Origin: Chloroflexota bacterium
GTDB lineage: Bacteria; Chloroflexota; Limnocylindria; P2-11E
NCBI GenBank assembly: GCA_038040265.1
Contig: JBBPIP010000003.1
Coordinates: forward strand, 31,573-95,572
Direction of reading: 5' to 3'
DNA: 64,000 nucleotides
Shown here: positions 36,099-45,018 of the stretch, in pieces
Layout of the letters: each line of letters begins with the position of its first letter
Position numbering within the stretch: the first letter of the stretch is position 1
Notes under the pieces: generated by a model
The model's input: the letters and a program-made list of their open reading frames with translations, nothing else
Databases searched by the model: none
What the model was told of the DNA's origin: nothing
Translations under genes and position numbers: made by a program

Positions 36099-36169
36099 GC
36101 GGGTGACGGGAATCGGACCCGTACTGCAACCTTGGGAAGGTTGTTTGCTACCACTACAACACACCCGCG
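36099..36169 (-). tRNA. tRNA-Gly (anticodon CCC), no encoded CCA
   Basis: Hand fold: acceptor GCGGGTG/CACCCGC; D arm TTGT-AGTGGTA-GCAA; anticodon arm CAACC-TTCCCAA-GGTTG; variable loop CAGT; T arm ACGGG-TCCGATT-CCCGT. The T loop has C where U55 is expected. Confidence 0.8.
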
Positions 36170-36205
36170 TGCCACCGATTCTACGACTGCGTATTTTTGC
36201 ATGCG

Positions 36206-36550
36206 ATGGCCTGGAAGAAATCGCCGCCAGAGCTGATCGCGGCATTCGAGAAAGCGAAGCCCGCCGACCCGACCGTCACGTCGCGGCCGATGTTCGGATA
36301 CCCCGCGCTCTTCCTGAAAGGGAACATGTTCGCCGGCACGTACCAGGACAAGATCGTCGTTCGCTTTGGCGACGATCGCACGATCGCCGGCGCGAAGACG
36401 GCGAAGACGTTCGAGCCGATGCCGGGGCGTGCGATGAAGGAATACGTCGTGGTTCCGGACGCCGTGATCATGAGTCCGACGAAGCTCCGTCTCTGGATCG
36501 ATCACGCGCACGACTACGCGAAGGGGCTGCCCGCGAAGAAGCCGCGTTAG
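36206..36550 (+). CDS. TfoX N-terminal domain protein
   Basis: Sequence is MAWKKSPPELIAAFEKA...RPMFGYPALFLKGNMFAG.... Confidence 0.65.
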   Translation: MAWKKSPPELIAAFEKAKPADPTVTSRPMFGYPALFLKGNMFAGTYQDKIVVRFGDDRTIAGAKTAKTFEPMPGRAMKEYVVVPDAVIMSPTKLRLWIDHAHDYAKGLPAKKPR

Positions 36551-38455
36551 CTAACGGACCGGCAGTCTCCGCGCCGAAAGCGGGATCGACTCATGTGTCT
36601 CGACCTCTTGCTTTTCCGTCGCTCCGATGATGATCCCGAGCGCGAGCGCGAGGATCGCGCCGGTGACCGCCGAGAGGAGCAGCACGCCGTTCGTCGGCCG
36701 GTCCGGGGCGTTGTCGAGCATGGAAAGTGTCACAGACAGCATGTACAGGATCCCAGCACCGGCGACGACGCCCGCGCCCAAAGCCATCACGTACAGGGCG
36801 AACCACCGCGCCGGCCGCTTGAGCAGCGTGTCGAAGAACGTCCGGAGCAGACGCGTCACCGTCCACACGGTCAGTGCCGCAATGGTCCACGCGAGCACCG
36901 TCGCGATCCAGGTCTCGAGCGTTGCGGTAGCGAGCTTCGACACGAGGCTGGCCATCTGCGACCAGAGAACGGACGGATCGAGCTGCGTGCCGAGAGCGCC
37001 GAACCGATCGCCTGAGTTCTGGAACATGCTGAGGAGCGCCGACTTCACTTCGGCGGCTCGGACCGGGTTAAAGAGCGATTCCTGTCGGAGCGAGAGGCCG
37101 GTCTGCGCGAACGCACCGAGCGACTGAACACCCATCGCGACCGCGATGACCATCGTTAGCGCCGCACTCGCGGCAACTGTCAGAACTCCGGTGAGCCCGA
37201 AGACCGCTGCGCTCGTGAGGATCATCGCGGGAGCGAGCCCGAGTGGTGTGAGAACCGGCGTCGCCATCGCCACCGCGATCTGCTCGGGCGGAGCGCTGCG
37301 CGCCCACATGAAGATGCCGAGGATTCCAAGGAGCAGCGCCAGACCCGGAACGAAGATGAACACGAACGCGGTCACCATGACCCACGCGATCGCGATCGCG
37401 ACTCCGAGCTGGCCGGCGAACGCGACGATCGCGACCAGTCCCGCCGCGAGAAGCGCACCGACGATCTCGAAACCTGCGAGCACCGCCATCGCGAAGACCG
37501 GAAGCGCGGCGCACAAAGAAAAGAAGGCTCCCCGGAGGGGCTGTCCGTACCGCGACAGAAGGGCGACGACCGGGCTCTGCTCGGTCTTCGGCACGAAGTC
37601 CTGGAGTGGATCGGCCATGACCATCCGCGTCGTCGCGAGCTCCTTGTCGAGGTTCTCGATGCGCTGAAGCGCTGTCGCGAAGTCGCTGGCCTTCTGGTAA
37701 CGAAGGTTCGGCTGTTTCGCGAGCGCCTTCAGGGCGACAGAGTCGAGCTCGCGGGGGAGGGACGGCCGGAGATGGCTGGGTGGCACGGGCTGCCGGACCA
37801 CGTGGTCGCGCAGGAGCACGGCCGCGTTGGTGCTGGTGAAGGGCGGTTTGCCGACGAGTCCCTCATAAAGGACGAGGCCAAGGCCGTACACGTCCGATTG
37901 AACCGTGGCGCTTTTTCCCTCGACTCGCTCCGGCGCGACGTACATCGCGGTCGCGTAGAGCTGCGGCGTGTCGGCGTCCTCCTGAGGATTGCGTGCGATT
38001 CCGAAGTCACAGATCTTCGCGGCGTCATTGGCGTCGAACAGGATGTTCGCCGGCTTGAGGTCGGCGTGAATGATGCCCTTCGAGTGCGCGAAGGCGAGCC
38101 CGTTGGCGACCTCGACCGCGATCCGCACCGCGTCCGCGGTCTTGAGCGGGCCTACCTGCTCGATCCGCTCCTTCATCGATCCGCCCGGGAGGTACTCCAT
38201 GACGATGAAGGGGGAGTCGTCGACCTCGCCGACGTCGTACACCGCGACGATATTCGGATGCGAGAGCTGCGCGAGCGCTCGCGCTTCTTTCACGAACATG
38301 CGGCGCAGGTTCCCGTCGGCCGCGGCCGCGGGGTCGAGCACCTTCAGGGCGACATCGCGATTCAGAGCCTGGTCGCGGGCGAGGTAGACCTGAGAAGATC
38401 CGCCCACGCCGAGCGGCTCCTCGATCTTGTAGCGACCCTGTAGAACCCGCTCCAT
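36551..38455 (-). CDS. Ser/Thr protein kinase with a polytopic C-terminal membrane domain
   Basis: ATG 38455 (MERVLQGRYKIEE). The Hanks motifs are GVGGSSQVY, ALKVL, HADLKPANIL, DFG and APE. They are followed by about 330 aa containing many hydrophobic helices. Confidence 0.85.
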   Translation of the reverse strand: MERVLQGRYKIEEPLGVGGSSQVYLARDQALNRDVALKVLDPAAAADGNLRRMFVKEARALAQLSHPNIVAVYDVGEVDDSPFIVMEYLPGGSMKERIEQVGPLKTADAVRIAVEVANGLAFAHSKGIIHADLKPANILFDANDAAKICDFGIARNPQEDADTPQLYATAMYVAPERVEGKSATVQSDVYGLGLVLYEGLVGKPPFTSTNAAVLLRDHVVRQPVPPSHLRPSLPRELDSVALKALAKQPNLRYQKASDFATALQRIENLDKELATTRMVMADPLQDFVPKTEQSPVVALLSRYGQPLRGAFFSLCAALPVFAMAVLAGFEIVGALLAAGLVAIVAFAGQLGVAIAIAWVMVTAFVFIFVPGLALLLGILGIFMWARSAPPEQIAVAMATPVLTPLGLAPAMILTSAAVFGLTGVLTVAASAALTMVIAVAMGVQSLGAFAQTGLSLRQESLFNPVRAAEVKSALLSMFQNSGDRFGALGTQLDPSVLWSQMASLVSKLATATLETWIATVLAWTIAALTVWTVTRLLRTFFDTLLKRPARWFALYVMALGAGVVAGAGILYMLSVTLSMLDNAPDRPTNGVLLLSAVTGAILALALGIIIGATEKQEVETHESIPLSARRLPVR

Positions 38456-38635
38456 TCCCAACTCCGTTGCTCGCGATGGCGCGCCGACTATAACGCCGAC
38501 ACTTCGCGTTGCGACATGTGTGAGCGGGTTCGACATCAATCCGCTTCCGCCCCCGACTCCCCAGCCGTTACGTCCAACGGCACGTGCAAAGACGCGTTCC
38601 GACCCGCGACCGAACGGATACCGGAGGCGTTCGCG

Positions 38636-39559
38636 CTACGGCGTCTTTGTCGTCGTCCTATTGGTCGTGGTGCTCTTCGCCGGGTACTTGCGATCCACGA
38701 AGCTTGCGATCTCCGCCGTCACCTTCGCCTTCAGCGTCGTCGCCTGATCGACGGTGAGCTTGTTGTCGGTGACCGCCTTGTCGATGCGGGTGTTCGCCGC
38801 CAGCGTGAGCGCCGCGACGAGGCCGTCGCGTCCCTTGCCCTTCTCGTTGGCGATGTCGCCAAGGCTCTTACCGCTCCGCATCGCGGTCGTGACTTCCTGG
38901 AGGGTCGCGCCGCCGAGGTAGTCGCGCGCGGTCTGGAGCATGTCGCCGAGGAACGACTTCACATTCGGCACAACGGCCCGGGTCGCCACCGCGGGCTTCG
39001 TCGGCCAGGTGCGGTCAACGAAGGTGTTGATCTCCTCCGCGAGGCCGGCCCGCATCTTGTTCGCCTGATCGTCGGTGATCTTCTTCTCGGAAAGCGCCTT
39101 CGTAATGTCGCCATTCGCGGCCACCGAGAGAGCCGTTACCAGCCCCGCCTTGCTCTTATCCGGGGTGCTGCCAGCGATGTTGCCGAGGCTCGTGCCGGGC
39201 AGCTTCGCGAGAAGGTCCTTCGGCGCGAGCCCGAGATACGTCGCCGACTCGCCGAGGAAGTCGCGGACGACCTTGGCCGTGCGGACCTGCTTCGCCGTGG
39301 CGTCCTTCGCCGCGGCGACGATGGCGTCTTCCTGCTGCTGCGTGATGACGCCCTTCTGCATGAGACCGTCGAGGAGCAGCTTGAGCCTGTCGCCGGTCTT
39401 GTCCTCGCCCATCACCGCCGAGGCAGCCGGGGCGACGGCCGAGACCACGCTTGCGGAAGCATCCGGACCGAACGCACCCAGGGCCGCCGCGCCGAATAGA
39501 CCGATGCTTCCGAGGCCCATCGCGCCCGCCAACATGAGCTTCTGCCGCAGAGTCTTCAT
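38636..39559 (-). CDS. secreted hypothetical protein with an internal ~95-aa duplication
   Basis: It has a signal peptide. The two repeats are FLGESATYLG...ITDDQANKMRAGLAEEINTFVDRTWP and FLGDMLQTARDYLG...LTVDQATTLKAKVTAEIASFVDRKYP. Confidence 0.6.
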   Translation of the reverse strand: MKTLRQKLMLAGAMGLGSIGLFGAAALGAFGPDASASVVSAVAPAASAVMGEDKTGDRLKLLLDGLMQKGVITQQQEDAIVAAAKDATAKQVRTAKVVRDFLGESATYLGLAPKDLLAKLPGTSLGNIAGSTPDKSKAGLVTALSVAANGDITKALSEKKITDDQANKMRAGLAEEINTFVDRTWPTKPAVATRAVVPNVKSFLGDMLQTARDYLGGATLQEVTTAMRSGKSLGDIANEKGKGRDGLVAALTLAANTRIDKAVTDNKLTVDQATTLKAKVTAEIASFVDRKYPAKSTTTNRTTTKTP

Positions 39560-39685
39560 TTCAGTCCGCCCCCTCTTGCGTGTTCGCCTTGCTTACCACC
39601 TGTCTAACGCATCCGTTTCCCCAAACGTGTCGTCCGGCGGGCAGAGCGCCAGATCCTTACACGCCGCTAACATCCTTACTACTCC

Positions 39686-41101
39686 GTGCACATTTCGTTC
39701 GCGACCGCCGAGGTCGCCCCCTACGCCAAGGTCGGCGGCCTCGCCGATGTCGCGGGCTCTCTGCCGCAGGCCCTTGCCTCTCTGGGACACGACGTCAGCG
39801 TGTACATGCCGTATCACCGGTCAATCGACGCACAAAAGTTCGGGATCCCGACATCCGGCGCCCGAACTCACTCGATCCCGTACGGCGCCGCGCGCGCTCG
39901 CATCGAATACCCCGAGATCACCGCAGACGGAGTGCGGACCGTGTTCGTGCGCAGCGTCCGTATCGGACGCGACAAGGTCTACGGGTATGACGACGACGCG
40001 AAGCGCTACGCGCTGTTCTGTCGCGCCGTACTCGAAGATCTCATCGAGGCTCCGCCCGACGTCGTGCACGCGCACGACTGGCATGCCGCTCTTCTCGTTC
40101 CGCTCGCCGCGCGCGCGCGTCAGCTTCGGCAAGCCGCGACGGTCTTCACGATCCACAACCTCGCATACCAGGGACGGACGAGCGCCGATGTACTCAAGCT
40201 CGTCGGTCTTCCGCGGGCCCGTCTCCCGATCGAGGACAAGGGCGAGGCGAATCTCATGGCCCGCGCGATCACGACCGCGGACATCGTCTCGACCGTGAGC
40301 GAGAAGTACGCGGAGGAGATCCTCACCCCCGAGTTCGGCGAGCGCCTCGAGGGGCTGCTTCGCGAGCGGCGAGCCGATCTCTGGGGCATCACCAACGGGA
40401 TCGATACGAAATTCTTCGACTCGGCGCACGATCCGAACATCCCTGCGCACTACGACGCCGATGATCAGGACGGCAAGGCGGTCGACAAGGCCGCACTTCA
40501 GAAGGAGACGGGCCTCGCCGTCGAGGCGACCGCTCCGGTCTTCGGAGTGATCGGACGCCTCGTCGAGCAGAAGGGCGTGGATCTCCTTACCGCCGTCGCG
40601 CCGTGGCTCCTCGAGAAGGGCGGTCAGCTCGTCGTCCTTGGAAGCGGCGACCCCGCCTATGAGGAGAAGTGGCGCGACCTGGCAGCAAAGAACAAAGGTC
40701 GCCTCGCGCTCACGCTCGGTTTCGACGCGGCGCTCGCGCAGCGCATCTACGCGGGAGCCGACCTGTTCCTCATGCCGTCGCGGTTCGAACCCTGCGGCCT
40801 TGGCCAGCTCATCTCGCTCCGGTACGGAACGATCCCCGTTGTTCGTGCCGTCGGTGGTCTCGCGACCACGGTCAGCGACGTGGACGCGGATCCCAAAGGC
40901 AACGGCTTCTCGTTCACGAAGTACGAGGCCGCGGCGTTCTCCGACGCGATCGCGCGCGCGCTCCACCGATACAAGGCCGATGGTGAGCCGTGGCGTCAGC
41001 TGCGCACTCGGGCGATGCGCGAGGACCACTCGTGGGCGGCATCGGCAAAGAAATACGTCGAGATGTACGCCGCGGCCGCGAAGGCCAGGCGGGCGGCATG
41101 A
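39686..41101 (+). CDS. glgA: glycogen (starch) synthase, GT5
   Basis: GTG start. The sequence reads APYAKVGGLADVAGSLP and continues with a typical GlgA layout. Confidence 0.9.
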   Translation: MHISFATAEVAPYAKVGGLADVAGSLPQALASLGHDVSVYMPYHRSIDAQKFGIPTSGARTHSIPYGAARARIEYPEITADGVRTVFVRSVRIGRDKVYGYDDDAKRYALFCRAVLEDLIEAPPDVVHAHDWHAALLVPLAARARQLRQAATVFTIHNLAYQGRTSADVLKLVGLPRARLPIEDKGEANLMARAITTADIVSTVSEKYAEEILTPEFGERLEGLLRERRADLWGITNGIDTKFFDSAHDPNIPAHYDADDQDGKAVDKAALQKETGLAVEATAPVFGVIGRLVEQKGVDLLTAVAPWLLEKGGQLVVLGSGDPAYEEKWRDLAAKNKGRLALTLGFDAALAQRIYAGADLFLMPSRFEPCGLGQLISLRYGTIPVVRAVGGLATTVSDVDADPKGNGFSFTKYEAAAFSDAIARALHRYKADGEPWRQLRTRAMREDHSWAASAKKYVEMYAAAAKARRAA

Positions 41102-42186
41102 AGACCGACACGCGCGCCTCGATCGCTGAGCTGGAGGACCGCATCGCGGCGCTCCCGCCAGATGCGCGCGCGGCCGCGGAGCGAATCTTCTCGGTCTCCA
41201 CGACAGCGAGCCACCTCGTCCCGCCGCCGGAGATGCACGAATGGATCAAGAAGCAGTTCGGCTCGGTGGAGGCGGTCACTACACAGCAGATCGTCCGCGT
41301 CACGAACCGGGTCCTGCTCGAGGGAGCGCTATTCAACGACCTTCGGGCGCGCCGGCCGAGCGAGGTCAAGGGCGCCGATGAGGTGCGCGAGACCATCGAG
41401 CGCTCGCGCAACGATCCGTTCTGCCGTCCCGAGACCGGCACGCCCGCGGACACGTTCGGTCGGATCAAGGGCGAGCACGGAATCACGGCATCGAACATTG
41501 CCAAGTACGACGCCTATCACGGTGTCCTCGTCTTCGACGAGCACGACCCGCTCGCTCCGATGGATGCCGCGATCATTCGCGATCGCCTGCTCACGGCGCG
41601 CCGATGGGCGCAGGCCGCGAACGAGGAAGATCCGAGCGCGAAGTACTACTTCATGATCTGGAACTGCCTCTGGCGCGCCGGTGGCTCGATCGTGCATGGC
41701 CACATGCAGATGACGGTCACTCGAGGCATGCACTACCCGCGCGTTGAGATGCTCCGCAGGCGCTCGCTGTCATACGACGAGCAGCAGGGACGGGATTATT
41801 TCGACGACCTGTGGCTCGTCCACGAGGCCCTCGGCCTGGGCCTGGACTACGAAGGATCGCGCGTCTTTCCGTCGCTCACGCCGGTCAAGGAGAGCGAGGT
41901 CATCATCCTTGGCCGCCCGGGGGAGGACGAGAGCGCGCTCGCGGGCGCGATCGCGCACGTCATCGCGAAGTACCGTGAGCAGGGCGTCGTCTCCTACAAC
42001 CTGGGGTTGCTGCTTCCGCCGCTGTCGGCGGACGGTAACGACTGGCGCCGCTTTCCGCCGCACGCGCGGCTCGTCGACCGCGGCGACCCTGCAAACAAGA
42101 CGAGCGACATCGGTGGGATGGAGCTCTACGCGGCCAGCGTGGTGGCTGCCGACCCGTTCCGGCTGGCGGAGTTGCTACGCGGTTAG
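41098..42186 (+). CDS. GalT-like (HIT branch III) nucleotidyltransferase/phosphorylase family protein
   Basis: ATG 41098 overlaps the glgA stop (ATGA). It has GGSIVHGHMQ, an HxHxQ motif. It is 362 aa long. Confidence 0.65.
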   Translation: MKTDTRASIAELEDRIAALPPDARAAAERIFSVSTTASHLVPPPEMHEWIKKQFGSVEAVTTQQIVRVTNRVLLEGALFNDLRARRPSEVKGADEVRETIERSRNDPFCRPETGTPADTFGRIKGEHGITASNIAKYDAYHGVLVFDEHDPLAPMDAAIIRDRLLTARRWAQAANEEDPSAKYYFMIWNCLWRAGGSIVHGHMQMTVTRGMHYPRVEMLRRRSLSYDEQQGRDYFDDLWLVHEALGLGLDYEGSRVFPSLTPVKESEVIILGRPGEDESALAGAIAHVIAKYREQGVVSYNLGLLLPPLSADGNDWRRFPPHARLVDRGDPANKTSDIGGMELYAASVVAADPFRLAELLRG

Positions 42187-42237
42187 AGAGGCATTCGACC
42201 CCGCCACGCTATTGACGCTCGGTTTGTCCCTTGCATA

Positions 42238-42702
42238 GTGTGCGACAAAGTGGCCGAACACTCATTCGTTTCTCGGCGTGACAACACCTTCCGCGAGTAC
42301 CCGCCCGCGTCCGCGCAGCTCGCGATGATCATCCCGTTCTACGGCGAGCTCACGGTGTGGATCCGGAAGCCCGACTCTGCCGGCTGGCACTTTCCGACGA
42401 GTGGACGCAAGGCCGGAGAGACGATCCTCGAGGTCGCCAAACGCGAGCTCTGGGACTCGGCGCGAATCGTTCCGCCGCGTCTCGACCTCCTCGGAGCGAT
42501 CCGTTACCAGACCCCGAAGAGCACGACGGCCTACGTTTACATGTGCGAGGTCGGTCACCTCTCGTGGTGGTACGACGCGCCGGAGAAGGACAAGGTCGCC
42601 GAGATCGGCATCTTCCGGACGCTACCGGCGCCCCTCGCCTCGGAGTCCGTTGAGGTCGTGCTCGAGGCAGCGCTCCGCGCACGGCGCACCGGCCTCCGCT
42701 AG
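42238..42702 (+). CDS. NUDIX-like hydrolase domain protein (degenerate Nudix box)
   Basis: GRKAGETILEVAKRELWDSARI resembles GX5EX7REUXEE. Confidence 0.45.
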   Translation: MCDKVAEHSFVSRRDNTFREYPPASAQLAMIIPFYGELTVWIRKPDSAGWHFPTSGRKAGETILEVAKRELWDSARIVPPRLDLLGAIRYQTPKSTTAYVYMCEVGHLSWWYDAPEKDKVAEIGIFRTLPAPLASESVEVVLEAALRARRTGLR

Positions 42703-42801
42703 CAACAGCTCGGTAACAGCGGCCGGCACCGGCTACCTGACGCTCATCGACAAGGAATGCCTCTGCGCGCGGTGCTGTCTCGGCGGACGAGCGCAACCGT
42801 C

Positions 42802-43551
42802 CTAGCGAAAGAGTCGGGAGACAGCGCGGACGAGCGTTTCGCCGGACAAGCCGTCGCCGTAGAAGTCGTCCCCGACGCAAACTTCGAAATGCAGATGCGG
42901 ACCACCCTGCGGATAGCCTGAGCTTCCGACCTCGCCGATCAGCACGCCGGCATCGACTCTTTGCCCAAGCACGAGCGGCTCCACCGCGGAGAGATGCGCG
43001 TACCGGGTGATCAGCCCTTTGCCGTGGTCGATCCACACCTGGCGTCCGCGGATGCGGTCGAGCGTCGCCGCGGGCGTGTATCCGAGCGTGAGCGCCTCGT
43101 ACAGCGCGATGTCCTGCTGCTCCATGGTCCAATCCAGAAAGCTCACGTCGACGCGGGCCACCGTTCCGCTCGCGGCAGCGAGGACCGGCGTCCCCGCGGC
43201 AGCGAGGAAGTCGATCCCCTCGTGGATGCCACCGCGGTAATCGCGCGGCGCGCCCGGCAAGAGCTCGGGGTCGAACGGGATGTCGCCGCCCTCGATGGGC
43301 AGGGCGAATAGTCCCCAGAGGCGCTTGTAGGCCTGCGCCCCGTTCTCGCTCAACGCCGGTGGCAGCGTCTCGACGGCGGGCATGGGTGTGTAATGCGGCG
43401 CTGGTGTGGGACGCCCGAGCTCAGGCCCGGAGCCCGACGCTGAGACGGCGACGGCCCCGAAGAGGACGACACAGAGGATCGCGAGGATGATTCGCACGGC
43501 GACCAACCCTACCGCCGGAAGCGTGCCAAAGGTCCCGCAATGCGGTGTCAT
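42802..43551 (-). CDS. M23 family metallopeptidase, membrane-anchored
   Basis: It has HEGIDF and GGPHLHFEV. Confidence 0.85.
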   Translation of the reverse strand: MTPHCGTFGTLPAVGLVAVRIILAILCVVLFGAVAVSASGSGPELGRPTPAPHYTPMPAVETLPPALSENGAQAYKRLWGLFALPIEGGDIPFDPELLPGAPRDYRGGIHEGIDFLAAAGTPVLAAASGTVARVDVSFLDWTMEQQDIALYEALTLGYTPAATLDRIRGRQVWIDHGKGLITRYAHLSAVEPLVLGQRVDAGVLIGEVGSSGYPQGGPHLHFEVCVGDDFYGDGLSGETLVRAVSRLFR

Positions 43552-43593
43552 GCGGACCTAGCCGCGGTTCGTGGCGCGGATCAGGCTGGCGTC

Positions 43594-44376
43594 ATGAGGG
43601 CGCCACGCGTGTTGGTCGCGTACGACGGCTCCGAGCCGGCGCAGATCGCGGTCGCAGCGATCGCTCCGTTGACGTGGCCGGTCAGCACACGGATCCGGCT
43701 GCTCGCCGTCCGAGAGGCGCATCTGCGCTTCCTTCGGCCGCTCGCGGACGCAATCCTCTTCGCCGAGCTCGAGGAGGACGTGGAGCGTGCGGCGAAACGT
43801 CTCGCGGCGGAGCTTCCAACCGGCGTCGCGGTCGAGCGGCGCGTCCTCCGTGGGCCCGCGCTGTCGTCCATCGTGATGGAAGCCGAGAGGTTCGAAGCCG
43901 ACCTCGTGGTACTCGGCAGTCGTAATCGCGGACCCCTGAGCTCCACCGTCCTCGGATCGATCGGCCGAGAGCTCGTAGCGCGTGCCGAATGGCCGGTCCT
44001 GATCGCGCGCGGTCAACACCTCGATCGAGTGCTTCTCGCTCATGACGGCACCGACGCGTCGCGAGTTGCCGTACGGATGGTCGGGTCGTGGTCGGCCTTC
44101 TCGCATGCAGCCGTCAAGATGTTCTCGGTCGCGGGAGCAAGTCCGAGCGCGGCGACCTTGCAGATCCTGACCGCGGCCGCGCTGGAAGACAGCGACCTCA
44201 TCGTTCTCGGTTCCGCGTGCGCGCATGGCCTCGAGCGTCTCCTGCATGGGGACCTCGCAGACGACCTCGTTCCGCGCACCCGCCGTTCGCTTCTCGTGGT
44301 GCCGGCGACGGCACGAGTCGAGCTGCCGATCGCGGTGCCGGGGCTCGTCGCCGCGACGAGCACTTCGGCGACCTGA
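43594..44376 (+). CDS. universal stress protein, tandem USP domains (second domain degenerate)
   Basis: ATG 43594. It contains VLVAYDGSEPA and LVVLGSRNRGPLSSTVLGS. Confidence 0.8.
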   Translation: MRAPRVLVAYDGSEPAQIAVAAIAPLTWPVSTRIRLLAVREAHLRFLRPLADAILFAELEEDVERAAKRLAAELPTGVAVERRVLRGPALSSIVMEAERFEADLVVLGSRNRGPLSSTVLGSIGRELVARAEWPVLIARGQHLDRVLLAHDGTDASRVAVRMVGSWSAFSHAAVKMFSVAGASPSAATLQILTAAALEDSDLIVLGSACAHGLERLLHGDLADDLVPRTRRSLLVVPATARVELPIAVPGLVAATSTSAT

Positions 44377-44684
44377 TCCTGGTTCTCAGCCGCGACTTTT
44401 CGGCTGCCACTGAGCGTTTCCTACCTTCGCCTCGATAGGCGACGAGATCGCTGACGCCCGCGATGACAACCCTGGGCTTGGCTGCTCTTGCTCGGAATCT
44501 CTTCGGCCTCGGCAACCGCCCCGCAGTACGTGTGGATCCGGGCATCGGTCCCGTCGTGGACGCTCAAAGTGGCGCCGGCACTCGCGGGCCTCGCCGTCGG
44601 CGCAGTCGTCGTCGAGGCGCTATTCGTGTCGTTCTGCGTCCGCGTCAGGCCAGCGCGCCGCCGCGCTAAACGGCGCACGCGAAG

Positions 44685-44975
44685 TCAGGTGGCGAGCGCG
44701 CGGATCTCGCGTGCGATCACCACGTCCTCACGCGCCGTGACCACGAGCACAGCGATCGGAGCAGCGACCAGAACGCGATCGCCCTTGCCTGACCCGTCGT
44801 CGACGTCTGGCACGCCGATCGAAGCGAGACGACGCACGATCGCCGTCCGCACGCTCGCGGCGTGCTCGCCGATCCCGCCGGTGAACACGACCGCGTCCAG
44901 ACGCGGGAGTGCCGTCGCCGCCGCCGCGATCGCTGGGGCGGCGGACCGTTCGAACACCGCGATCGCGAGCGCCGC
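44685..44975 (-). pseudogene. acetate kinase 3' fragment (last ~96 codons only)
   Basis: [56 protein letters not shown]... aligns with the C-terminus of ackA at 48537..49640. An in-frame TGA lies immediately upstream. The two copies share identical runs of 28 and 32 nt. Confidence 0.8.
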
Positions 44976-45018
44976 TCACCGAACGGACGAACACATCGCG
45001 TGTGAGTGGATCGACCAG

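Noticed and set aside
36043-36205. tRNA-Gly gene as the attachment site of an integrated element
   Set aside because: No integrase, excisionase, direct repeat of the tRNA 3' end or compositionally distinct block flanks the tRNA.
39075-41029. Long ORFs 39075..40298 (+) and 39821..41029 (-) overlapping the repeat protein and glgA
   Set aside because: They are Ser/Arg/Pro-rich shadow frames. glgA and the secreted repeat protein account for the region.
44421-44678. 85-aa minus-strand ORF (…HDGTDARIHTYCGAVAEAEE…) considered as a fourth small Cys/His paralogue
   Set aside because: It lacks the second WAYC...HxW half of the family pattern, and the rest is Arg-rich junk. The 300-nt region 44377..44684 is left unannotated.
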